Origin: Nostoc sp. | Lineage (GTDB): Bacteria > Cyanobacteriota > Cyanobacteriia > Cyanobacteriales > Nostocaceae | Reading direction: 5' to 3' | NCBI GenBank assembly: GCA_036918135.1 | Contig: JBALDB010000070.1 | Span: 1-25,468 of the forward strand | DNA: 25,468 nt | In this document: positions 17,374-25,468 of the stretch, piece by piece | Layout: each line of letters opens with the position of its first letter | Position numbering within the stretch: the stretch's first letter is position 1 | Notes under the pieces: model-generated | Told to the model about the DNA's origin: nothing | What the model saw: only the letters and a program-made list of their open reading frames with translations | Databases searched by the model: none | Position numbers and translations under genes: made by a program

Positions 17374-17952
17374 ATGGGAGCTAACCTCAAACAGATTGCC
17401 AAGTACTTAGATAACCTTGGTTGGGACTACCGTTTTGATGATGAAGAAGACCGCATTATAACAGGTGTGGAAGCTGATAACTTAGAAGATTTCCTAATAG
17501 TTGTCCAACTAGATGAAGAAGGAAAATTTTTCCGAGTATTTGCCCCTCAAGTTTTAGCAGGAATTCAAGACCACCCTTATAAGGGAGCTATCCTACAGAC
17601 AATGCTTGCTATTTCCTGGGAAACCAAAATGCTGCAATGGGAGTACGATCCATCTGATGGTGAAATCCGTGCCATTATTGAGTTTCCTCTGGAAGACTCA
17701 ATTCTTACAGAAAGACAATTTCACCGTTGTCTGAGTGGATTAATTCAGATTGTAGATGGCATAGCGATTCCTCGTCTGAAAGAAGTTATGGCAACAGGTC
17801 TCGATCCGGGAAATATAGAACTTGGAGAAAGACTATTACTCAGTATCCAAGAAGAAGCTCCAGGATTGCTAGATTTACTGGAAAAGGCAATGGAAGCGCG
17901 AAAAAAACGAGGAAGTTTTCCCAACGAGTCAGACGGATCGTCACTGAAATAG
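17374..17952 (+). CDS. YbjN-like (type III chaperone fold) conserved protein
   Basis: 192 aa with a GAGG RBS. The sequence pattern LKQIAKYLDNLGWDY...WETKMLQWEYDPSDGEIRAIIEFPLED fits the family. Confidence 0.7.
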   Translation: MGANLKQIAKYLDNLGWDYRFDDEEDRIITGVEADNLEDFLIVVQLDEEGKFFRVFAPQVLAGIQDHPYKGAILQTMLAISWETKMLQWEYDPSDGEIRAIIEFPLEDSILTERQFHRCLSGLIQIVDGIAIPRLKEVMATGLDPGNIELGERLLLSIQEEAPGLLDLLEKAMEARKKRGSFPNESDGSSLK

Positions 17953-18008
17953 CTATACTCCAAAGTGATACCCTCACTATATACTGAAATTTTCTGGGGC
18001 TGGATATT

Positions 18009-18653
18009 ATGACATCCTATGCAACCTCCTCTGCCAAAGCGGAAATGAGTGAACTCCGGCGGTTGAAAGGCTTATTACCGCCTGAATTGCAGAGCTGGGT
18101 CACGGTAGAAGGCACCACTGAGGTCAATCCACCCCTGATCCGCTGCGAAGAAATTGGTAAAGACCAGGTAGAAATTCAAATTGACTTGGTAAAATGGGAT
18201 GCCCTCGCAATGGATCAGCGTAATCTGCTGTTCTGGCATGAAGTTGCTCGCGTTCAAAATGACACAATTCCCAAAGATGGTTGGGAAATGGCAGCACTAG
18301 CTATCGGTTTAGGCGGTGCTGTCGGCGAATTGTGGGTACAAGATGGATTGCTTTTAGTGTTAGCTTTAGCGCTGTGTGGCGTGTCAGGTTGGCGATTGTA
18401 TCAAAAGAACAATGGGGAAAAGCAAATAAGAGAACTGCTCAATGCTGATGAAAAAGCGATTGCCTTAGCAACTCGTTTTGGTTATACCCTCCCCAATGCC
18501 TACAAAAGTCTTGGTAGCGCCTTGAAAACCCTGATTGATAACACACCTAGCAAACGTCAACGGTCGAAATACGAAGCAAGGCTCTCTGCCCTCAAACGCA
18601 GTGCTAATAAGGCAAAAGCTAAATCCAAAACTATAGATGAAGGCGCGCTGTAG
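18009..18653 (+). CDS. DUF3318-family membrane protein
   Basis: ELRRLKGLLPPELQSWV...QRNLLFWHEVAR, two hydrophobic segments, ADEKAI and a basic C-terminus. Confidence 0.8.
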   Translation: MTSYATSSAKAEMSELRRLKGLLPPELQSWVTVEGTTEVNPPLIRCEEIGKDQVEIQIDLVKWDALAMDQRNLLFWHEVARVQNDTIPKDGWEMAALAIGLGGAVGELWVQDGLLLVLALALCGVSGWRLYQKNNGEKQIRELLNADEKAIALATRFGYTLPNAYKSLGSALKTLIDNTPSKRQRSKYEARLSALKRSANKAKAKSKTIDEGAL

Positions 18654-18980
18654 CAACCAGAAAGCAGATTGGGTGGGCGATACCCACCCCAAAAAATATC
18701 TCAATAGTTGAGCTTGCTAATTTTGAGATTTAGATTTTTTTGGTTTATCCCGGATTAACCTACCGCCAAACTAACATAAGAAAGTAGATGACGTACCCCT
18801 ACTACTTAACCAAGCTAGTAAGAGCGTCCTATACCGAAGGGCATTGTGTTAACGCCCTTGAGTGCGACACCAAATTTAAAACGATGGTGTCCTGCGGATT
18901 TTATTCTAAGACACCTTATAGCTAATTTTGTTTAAAAATCAAATAATAATTCGATAATACCTAGATTTGACAGCACACTT

Positions 18981-19778
18981 TTAGAGTTGGTTGAGCATTT
19001 TATGTGTCTGGGGTATTACCCGCACTTGTTTGAGAAACTGTTTCATCAAAGCTTGCCACATCAAAACTCGATCGGGTGTAGGAGCAAGTATAGGTATTGG
19101 AGAAAATTGTTCAAACTCTGTTAGAGGGGTAACAGGTTGTAAAAATACTGGTATATCCGGACTCACATCTGCCACCAGCAAAGCTGAACGTCTTAACTCG
19201 GCGGGATCTGTGTTTTGAGACACAATTATCTTGACAAAAACATTTAAATATGAATTGTGACACAATTGGAGAAATTTAGCATGTTCTTGCCAATGACTTT
19301 CGCCGCTGACACTGGGCAACTTAAAATCCATCCCCACAGAGTCTAAGTATGGAAGAATCATTGCCAGTTGTTCTGGGCGATGTCCGCCTGTTTCTAAATA
19401 TATAGGTAGACCAGTTATGGCTCGCACTTCGGGTAGAAACTGCCTTAAAAATTGGGCATGAAGAAGTGGTTCGCCCCCCGTTAGGCTAATGCTATCGTGT
19501 AAGGAAGGTAGATTTTGTCTTTGAACCCATTCGATTAATATGGGTAATGGGACAGGATTAGAGTAAATTTCAAAGTCGCGCAATCCGGGCGATCGCTCTA
19601 TCCGGCAATTAACAGGTGCATTCCAAGTGTGGACACTATCACAAAAGTGACAGCGCAAATCACACAGAGCAAAGCGAATAAAAATCTGACGTGTCCCTAC
19701 ATTCAGTCCTTCCCCTTGAATGGCAGAGAAGACCTCAACCAGGCGTGCGGTAGATGTAACCGTAGTTTTAGTAATCAT
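18981..19778 (-). CDS. queE: 7-carboxy-7-deazaguanine synthase QueE (radical SAM)
   Basis: EVFSAIQGEG, FIRFALCDLRCHFCDS (CxxxCxxC), SLTGGEPLL, YLETGG and RVIPQTHK. The ATG at 19778 is preferred to the ORF-track start at 19895. Confidence 0.92.
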   Translation of the reverse strand: MITKTTVTSTARLVEVFSAIQGEGLNVGTRQIFIRFALCDLRCHFCDSVHTWNAPVNCRIERSPGLRDFEIYSNPVPLPILIEWVQRQNLPSLHDSISLTGGEPLLHAQFLRQFLPEVRAITGLPIYLETGGHRPEQLAMILPYLDSVGMDFKLPSVSGESHWQEHAKFLQLCHNSYLNVFVKIIVSQNTDPAELRRSALLVADVSPDIPVFLQPVTPLTEFEQFSPIPILAPTPDRVLMWQALMKQFLKQVRVIPQTHKMLNQL

Positions 19779-19959
19779 TTGATCGGGGTAGTGCGAGCGC
19801 GCTGCGTCAGCACAACAGCAAGAATATTTTTTAACTTCTTGTTCTATTGTGAATCGTCGCTGGCGATTTCCAATCATACAAAAAGCAGATACCAATTAGT
19901 CCTGATTACATTTAAGTAATTTTATAGGACAAAATCATGTTTGGCAGATTATATTATAC

Positions 19960-21009
19960 ATGGCAACGAAAGTGCAGAGCTTCATGACTAGCCAACCGAC
20001 AGAGGTCGAATTTCCAGTTCATTCCCTAAACGACACGGTTATAGTGCAGGTGCCCACACGGTTGAGCGTGCTGGAGGCTTTAAGCTTTAAGCAAACCTGC
20101 CAAAGCTTAATCCAACCCAATTCACATCCTAACCAAATCATCATTGACTTTCACGAAACTACTTTTATAGATAGTAGTGGTTTAGGTGCCTTAGTGAGTA
20201 ATTTGAAATACGCCCAGGCTAAAGAAATTATATTTAGACTGCGGAATGTGACACCCCAGGTTATGGCAGTTTTAAAACTCACGGGATTGGATCAAGTTTT
20301 TCCCCTAGAGTCTGTAGACAATGAGTCGCCAATAAAGCAACAACGTATAGTAGATAACCGGAGGACAGCTTCCCGCCAAGTAGAGCCGTTACCCAGGACT
20401 CATCCTTCTGTAGCATCTTGGATGAAACGGTTCTTAGATATTACTGGGTCAGTGATTGGTTTATTAATTACAGGAATTTTGTTCATACCCATTACGCTTG
20501 CTATTCAAATTAACGATCCCGGACCAATTTTCTTTTGTCAAACCCGCTGTGGTTGGATGGGGAAACGGTTTAAAATTTGGAAATTCCGCTCTATGTGTGT
20601 GGATGCGGAAGCAAAGAAATCTGAAGTCAAAAACCAAGTGCAAGGTGCTTTTTTTAAGAATGAAAATGATCCCAGAATTACCAAGGTAGGGCGTTTTTTA
20701 CGGCGAACTAGTCTCGATGAACTACCCCAATTCTGGAACGTTCTTAAAGGAGAAATGAGTTTAGTAGGTACCAGACCACCCACACCCGATGAAGTAGAAC
20801 GTTATGAAGTACCGGAATGGCAACGTTTAGATGTTAAACCCGGTATGACTGGCGAATGGCAAGTCAATGGACGGTCTACAGTCCGTAGTTTTGAAGATGT
20901 AATTCGCCTAGATTTGCAGTATCAAAAAAATTGGAGTTTGGTGTACGATTTAAAGCTAATTTTCAAAACTATAGCAATTCTATTTCACAAAAACAGTGGT
21001 GCTGTTTAG
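19960..21009 (+). CDS. STAS (anti-sigma antagonist) domain fused to a bacterial sugar transferase (priming phosphoglycosyltransferase)
   Basis: STAS motif IDFHETTFIDSSGLGAL...VLKLTGLD. Transferase motifs KRFLDI, KFRSM, DPRITKVGRFLRRTSLDELPQFWNVLKGEMSLVGTRP and KPGMTGEWQVNGRS. Confidence 0.92.
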   Translation: MATKVQSFMTSQPTEVEFPVHSLNDTVIVQVPTRLSVLEALSFKQTCQSLIQPNSHPNQIIIDFHETTFIDSSGLGALVSNLKYAQAKEIIFRLRNVTPQVMAVLKLTGLDQVFPLESVDNESPIKQQRIVDNRRTASRQVEPLPRTHPSVASWMKRFLDITGSVIGLLITGILFIPITLAIQINDPGPIFFCQTRCGWMGKRFKIWKFRSMCVDAEAKKSEVKNQVQGAFFKNENDPRITKVGRFLRRTSLDELPQFWNVLKGEMSLVGTRPPTPDEVERYEVPEWQRLDVKPGMTGEWQVNGRSTVRSFEDVIRLDLQYQKNWSLVYDLKLIFKTIAILFHKNSGAV

Positions 21010-21064
21010 CTAACTACCCTTATTCTCAATTTTTTGCTAACTCGCAGCTCTGACGATAATTGTT

Positions 21065-21101
21065 AAATATACCCAAGCCCTATTTGAGCTTGGGTATATT
21101 T
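21065..21101. terminator. Hairpin between convergent genes, likely a bidirectional terminator
   Basis: AAATATACCCAAGC and GCTTGGGTATATTT form a 14-bp perfect stem with A/T-rich ends. Confidence 0.7.
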
Positions 21102-21117
21102 TATGAATTTATTTGTA

Positions 21118-21253
21118 TCACGCTCCAAGCGCTTGGGTTGCACAGAGCAAAAGTTGAGAAGAGTTGATTTGTGAATTTCATATCTCAATTGGGCAACGCG
21201 ACTTTTGGGCTTGACGCGAAGCTGCTAAGAAAAACTCTGCGCTTGGAGCGTGA
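21118..21253. mobile_element. MITE-like element (136 bp) with a 15-bp perfect terminal inverted repeat
   Basis: TCACGCTCCAAGCGC (21118-21132) and GCGCTTGGAGCGTGA (21239-21253), extendable to 18 bp with one mismatch. Confidence 0.65.
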
Positions 21254-21255
21254 GA

Positions 21256-22713
21256 CTACCCAACCGCTTTTTGAACACCAACTACTTCAACCTGCTGTAC
21301 TTCTGGTAACAAACGCTTCACACCTTGCTTCACAAACCCCTGCAAAAAGCCAATCTGCTGATTTTGCCCAAATACTTTTTGCAAAGTTTGCCGCAACTTC
21401 TCCAAATTCAAATTAGTTCCAGAATCTATTGCTATTTCTTGGTGTTGGAAATACTCAACTAAACTTAATCCTGCAACTCTGGTGAGATAAGCTGCACTTA
21501 CTCCCTGCACCAACCCACCAGCCACAAAGGTAACAGCATTACTTTTGAGAACAGTACTAATAGCCTTAGTAGAAAGTTCAACTAAACCGAGTTTCAGCAT
21601 CAAACTCCCCATTGTTCCAGCTACGGTTTGCGCCTGTTCTAGGGAAAATTTCTGCTGATAGATATTACCCAAATCCATTACCATCTGAGCATTAATGGCC
21701 GCAGTCGCCAGAATATCGAGGGCTGGTACTGGGTTAGCAAAGGCAGCAGCAGCAGCTATCCACTGATATTGTTCAATAATTGGGGTGGCGCGATCGCATC
21801 TGATGCCATTGAGCCAGTTTTTCGCCTCGGCTTTCAACAACCCGGCTTTCCTGATGGTAGTTACCCAAACCAACCGCTGTTTTTGCTGTGCCAAAATTTC
21901 ACCCAATTGCTGGGTTAACTGCTGAATATCTGGTGCTGGTTGTTCCATCCACTCTTGTACAGAACCATCAGCCTCATGCCTTCGGACTTTGACAGGAATG
22001 GGAGAAGCCGCAGTTGCAACTACATTTCCCTGCATCCGCTGTTTCAATTGACTAAAGACGCTACCACGTTCATCGGCTAAATACTGGTCTTGTTTGTTAA
22101 AAACCAGCATTGTAGGCAGATTTGCTGCTTTTAGCTGCTGTAGGGTTTGAAATTCTGTATCTGTCAAATCACCATTTGTCAAAAACAGTACAAAATCAGA
22201 CTTTGCCACTTCTGCTAAAACAGCTGCATCTGAATTCTCACCCGCTTCTTTGAACAAAGGTGCTGTCTCTTGTAGAGACAGGAAATTTCTCCCGACTAGA
22301 TTTTGCTCTAACACTTGAATTAAACTGCTTTTACCAACAGATTTTCCACCGGTTACAGCCACTTTAATTTCTTGTCTGTCTAATTCCAGCGATAATTGGG
22401 CAACCTGTTCTTTGAGTGTCTCTAGTGCCAGATGGTTTTCTGCTTCTTGTGCCAGTTGGTTAATTACGGCTTGAGCTTTAGCGATCGCACTTTCCACACT
22501 CGCCCGATCTACAAGCATACTATCTAGCTGCTCTAAAGTGTGTTGCGGGCGATTTTGTTGGAATAACCACAAACCACCGCCGACAGCTAAGGCACTCAAT
22601 AAACCAAATTCACCCACCTGTATTATTGAATGATGCCAACTTTGTAACATCCACAAAGAAAAGGATAGTCCCAATCCTCCCACTAAAATTGGTCGCTGCA
22701 ACTTCACAACCAT
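21256..22713 (-). CDS. YcjF/DUF697-family protein with a P-loop GTPase-like domain
   Basis: Two N-terminal TM segments, VAVTGGKSVGKS (G1), VFNKQD (G4), and C-terminal ANPVPALDILATAAINAQMV...AGGLVQGVSAAYLTRVAG. Confidence 0.85.
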   Translation of the reverse strand: MVVKLQRPILVGGLGLSFSLWMLQSWHHSIIQVGEFGLLSALAVGGGLWLFQQNRPQHTLEQLDSMLVDRASVESAIAKAQAVINQLAQEAENHLALETLKEQVAQLSLELDRQEIKVAVTGGKSVGKSSLIQVLEQNLVGRNFLSLQETAPLFKEAGENSDAAVLAEVAKSDFVLFLTNGDLTDTEFQTLQQLKAANLPTMLVFNKQDQYLADERGSVFSQLKQRMQGNVVATAASPIPVKVRRHEADGSVQEWMEQPAPDIQQLTQQLGEILAQQKQRLVWVTTIRKAGLLKAEAKNWLNGIRCDRATPIIEQYQWIAAAAAFANPVPALDILATAAINAQMVMDLGNIYQQKFSLEQAQTVAGTMGSLMLKLGLVELSTKAISTVLKSNAVTFVAGGLVQGVSAAYLTRVAGLSLVEYFQHQEIAIDSGTNLNLEKLRQTLQKVFGQNQQIGFLQGFVKQGVKRLLPEVQQVEVVGVQKAVG

Positions 22714-22757
22714 GACTCTCCGCGCTTTTTAGATGGCTATTTCTTCCAGAATAGATC

Positions 22758-22801
22758 AAAATAAAACAAAACCCTGCAATCTTTACTGATTGTAGGGTTT
22801 T
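22758..22801 (-). terminator. Intrinsic terminator downstream of tRNA-fMet
   Basis: Stem AAAACCCTGCAATC / GATTGTAGGGTTTT (22768-22801, one mismatch) followed on the minus strand by GTTTTATTTT. Confidence 0.7.
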
Positions 22802-22818
22802 GGTTTTGTTATTTTATT

Positions 22819-22895
<77 letters not shown>

Positions 22896-22913
22896 TCGTT
22901 CCTTGACTTTTCT

Positions 22914-22942
22914 AGTCTAACTTAAAGTCAAGAGTTTGACAA
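22914..22942 (-). promoter_or_regulatory. Sigma70-type promoter for tRNA-fMet
   Basis: TTGTCA-N17-TAGACT on the minus strand, ending 18 nt before the mature tRNA 5' end. Confidence 0.75.
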
Positions 22943-23896
22943 CTACAAAAACGATAATTCTCCAATTACTTCTAAACGCTTGTATTTTCCTAAGGTGACA
23001 AATTTTTCACAGAGGCTATCGGCAGCACTGGGACTAATCCAACCCATTTGTTGGAGTAAGTGAATAGCAACGGCATGTTTTGCCCGTTTTGCCCCATCCA
23101 TAACTTTAATTGCTAATCCCATGCCCTCACCAAGTCTACCAATGCACTGCACTCCTTCAGCACCGGCTTTGCTGACCAATTCTCCGGGAGCTAAACGCAT
23201 TAGTTCCGTATCAAATTCTCCATCTCCTGCGACCATTGCTGGGTGATGAGTCATGGCACGGACAATGCGCTCCATATCCAAATTGCTACTAGAGGCTAGC
23301 AGGGCATATAAGGATGCCATTTGACCGAGTTGCATGAAATATGTTGGTGCGCCACAGTCATCATGGGCGCTGATAAATTCCTCTGCTGGCATTCGTAGCA
23401 GTTCTGCTACTTTGCCTAAAATCAACTGCTGTATTGGGTGTTTGCGTTCTAAATAGTTATTTAAAGGCCAATGGCGTTGCTGACAAACGGCTAGCATCCC
23501 CGCATGTTTCCCAGAGCAATTGTATTCTAGAGGACTGCGTTTGCCTTCAGGAGTCGGACACTGAAGTAAAGTCGGGTCGAGATCGGCCCGCCAAAGGATG
23601 TTAAATACCTGTCTGACTTGCTCTATTGTTCCTTTATGGGAACTCGTGATAATTGCTAAATCGCGATCGCTCAGGTCATAGCGTTCCAGTGTACCTGTAG
23701 TGGTGGCTGCAAGTGCTTGAAATGGTTTAAGTGCTGAACGAATAAATGCAGCAGTTTCAGAGTTTCCAGCGACGGTTAAAACCCGTCCGCGTTCGTCGCA
23801 TACAACAGCTTGGACTATATGCTTGGATTCAATAATCCCTTCACGCAGCAACCGGACTTCCAGTGCTGTAGCTTGAGTTCGTTTTCCCATTGTCAT
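22943..23896 (-). CDS. L-asparaginase II family protein (Rhizobium etli AnsA-type)
   Basis: Motifs REGIIESKH, RSALKPFQA, SSHKG, NCSGKHAGML, DDCGAP, SKAGAEG and KVMDGAKRA. Confidence 0.9.
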   Translation of the reverse strand: MTMGKRTQATALEVRLLREGIIESKHIVQAVVCDERGRVLTVAGNSETAAFIRSALKPFQALAATTTGTLERYDLSDRDLAIITSSHKGTIEQVRQVFNILWRADLDPTLLQCPTPEGKRSPLEYNCSGKHAGMLAVCQQRHWPLNNYLERKHPIQQLILGKVAELLRMPAEEFISAHDDCGAPTYFMQLGQMASLYALLASSSNLDMERIVRAMTHHPAMVAGDGEFDTELMRLAPGELVSKAGAEGVQCIGRLGEGMGLAIKVMDGAKRAKHAVAIHLLQQMGWISPSAADSLCEKFVTLGKYKRLEVIGELSFL

Positions 23897-23927
23897 GGGT
23901 TTATTTTTATCACTTATTTATTATTTA

Positions 23928-23967
23928 GTCATTTGTCATTTGTCATTTGTCATTTGTCATTTGTCAT
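23928..23967. repeat. STRR2-like heptamer array (GTCATTT x5 plus a partial copy)
   Basis: Direct reading of the tandem units. Confidence 0.92.
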
Positions 23968-24039
23968 ATCAAGTTCGCTTAATTACTGATAATTTAAAAC
24001 TCTTCCCGTCCCCCGAAGTTCTGTTTGCCCTTGGCGTTG

Positions 24040-24066
24040 GCGTTCGCGTAGCGTATCGTAGATCGG
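24040..24066. repeat. Possible degenerate small dispersed repeat inserted into a HIP1-like site
   Basis: GCG|TTCGCGTAGCGTATCGTAG|ATCGG. Removing the 19-nt insert leaves GCGATCGG (7/8 match to HIP1). Confidence 0.4.
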
Positions 24067-24110
24067 GAGTACGCAATTTTACTTTGCGCTTCGTCGTTTG
24101 TTTATTTACC

Positions 24111-24145
24111 AATGACTAATGACTAATGACCAATGACCAATGACT
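24111..24145. repeat. STRR2-like heptamer array (AATGAC[T/C] x5), inverted relative to 23928-23967
   Basis: Direct reading of the tandem units. Confidence 0.92.
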
Positions 24146-24148
24146 GTT

Positions 24149-24649
24149 TTATAACAAATGCCAAACTATAGTACCAATAACGAACATTCCCGCCAAGCCA
24201 GCAAAGGTAAATTGCAACCGCTGTAGGATAGGTTTGATTTCGTATGCCACAACCAAGCGATCGCGATTGAGAACTTCTTGTGGCTTTGTCCAGGTTTGAC
24301 CGTCGTACCAGCCTGACTCTTCATAGAATACTGTGGGAGAGCAAAGGCGATCGCACACGTAAAACCAGCCTAAATATAACCTTACTACTGCCAGCAGTAC
24401 GCCGATACTCGCTGCGGCTGCACCACAGACAAGAAAATGTCCAATATACTTTTGTGGGGGAAAACTTGCTGCTACGACCGGCCCCGCTACTAACCAAGAT
24501 AAACCCCAAATCCAAACCATTTTTGTGATATAATTGCGCCAATGTAAAGTGCTATCACGAAACAGCCAGGAGGCTTTTAGCTCTTCATACTCGTTAAGCG
24601 GTTGTTGGTCTTTGGGAACTGGGCAATTTGAAAGCGAAGACCCGATCAT
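24149..24649 (-). CDS. ycf36: CGLD27/Ycf36 family membrane protein
   Basis: Motifs [30 protein letters not shown] and [17 protein letters not shown]. Overlaps rsfS by 4 nt (ATGA). Confidence 0.9.
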   Translation of the reverse strand: MIGSSLSNCPVPKDQQPLNEYEELKASWLFRDSTLHWRNYITKMVWIWGLSWLVAGPVVAASFPPQKYIGHFLVCGAAAASIGVLLAVVRLYLGWFYVCDRLCSPTVFYEESGWYDGQTWTKPQEVLNRDRLVVAYEIKPILQRLQFTFAGLAGMFVIGTIVWHLL

Positions 24650-25104
24650 GTTGGTTTACCCCCACCCTCATCAGATTCTGGAAGGGAAATACGTTCTGCA
24701 TGAATCCAGAACGCTTCTAAATTATAAAACTCGCGTTCCTTGGGCATCATGATGTGAACGATCGCCTCACCGTAGTCTTGTAGTATCCAACTACCCTCAG
24801 CTTTTCCTTCTGTCCTCAAGGGGCGTCGTTGTAACTCAGTTTCGACTTTTGCTTCAATTGCTTGAGCGATCGCCCTTACCTGTACCCTAGAATAACCAGT
24901 CATGATCACAAAGTAATCTGCCAGATAAGATACGTCTGCTACTCTGAGCAATAAAATATCACCAGCTTTGCGATCGGATGCAGCTTCAGCGATCTTTGCG
25001 GCTAATTTTCCGCTTGCGTCTTCTATTTGCTTAGGGTTTCTCAACACACTCTTTGTCAGTGGGACAGATTGTAATGGGAAATTTCCTTGAAAATAATCAG
25101 TCAT
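24646..25104 (-). CDS. rsfS: Ribosome silencing factor RsfS (Iojap)
   Basis: DRKAGDI...[23 protein letters not shown]...[14 protein letters not shown]...[10 protein letters not shown], with a GAGG RBS. Confidence 0.95.
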   Translation of the reverse strand: MTDYFQGNFPLQSVPLTKSVLRNPKQIEDASGKLAAKIAEAASDRKAGDILLLRVADVSYLADYFVIMTGYSRVQVRAIAQAIEAKVETELQRRPLRTEGKAEGSWILQDYGEAIVHIMMPKEREFYNLEAFWIHAERISLPESDEGGGKPT

Positions 25105-25401
25105 TAAACCTCAGGTGGTTTCTTCATTTTGAAACAATTGTTTATATTTATTTATAAATAACAAACAATTGATCTGAAAATGTGTCAATAGGTTTTTTTG
25201 AATACTAACAAAAAAACAGGTATCTATGGAGGCTAGTTTGAGAATACGAATTATAAATTAAGGTGCGATTCGTTCTCGCTTTCATACAAATATTATAAAT
25301 TTTGGTTTGCAGCACTAGATTTTAGCCTGTTTACTACAAGTTACCAGAGAACAAAGCGCACTTATGCCCGATATATCAAAAGTCTGATTGGCATAAATGT
25401 A

Positions 25402-25468
25402 CTAGTACAGGACGGCTAAATCACGTCATCCATTTGAAATGTCTAAAACCCTTACACAACAGTAATTA
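25402..25468. mobile_element. Left end of a second CTAGTACAG-type MITE, running off the window
   Basis: CTAGTACAGGACGGCTAAAT...CCATTTGAAATGTCTAAAACCC aligns with the start of the 1670-1806 element (CTAGTACAGCTGGGTGGAAAT...CCATTCAAAATAGCGTAAAAGCCC). Confidence 0.55.

Noticed and set aside
19779..19959. preQ1 riboswitch upstream of queE
   Set aside because: An A-rich CCTATAAAAATTAC stretch exists on the minus strand, but I found no matching P1 stem or conserved loop.
23895..24119. 74-aa ORF with repeated VICHLSF
   Set aside because: This is a translation of the STRR heptamer array, a common false ORF.
25132..25171. AT-rich inverted repeat (CAATTGTTT/AAACAATTG) upstream of rsfS
   Set aside because: It could be an operator, but it is low-complexity and cannot be assigned without conservation data.

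Overview
Chromosomal segment from a filamentous heterocyst-forming (Nostocales-type) cyanobacterium. The assignment rests on at least 23 HIP1 octamers (GCGATCGC, counted by eye), heptamer STRR tracts and the gene set. The conserved genes are zam (RNase II/R family), ubiX, a LapA-family gene, aroK, chlL-DUF5331-chlN, YbjN-like and DUF3318 genes, queE, a STAS/sugar-transferase fusion, a DUF697/YcjF-like gene, tRNA-fMet, asparaginase II, ycf36/CGLD27 and rsfS. An accessory, decaying block at about 12.3-16.8 kb holds an AT-rich HEPN (Rx4H) gene, a DUF5678-like/retropepsin fusion, an intact LysR facing an internally deleted methyltransferase, and a natF'-'natG amino-acid ABC chimera whose junction falls exactly on a HIP1 site. 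At the left end are a protein with a Rad52/ERF-like N-terminus and a neighbour made only of tandem copies of that protein's C-terminal domain. Several intergenic regions carry MITE-like elements of about 130-140 bp. All family assignments come from motif recognition, not database searches.
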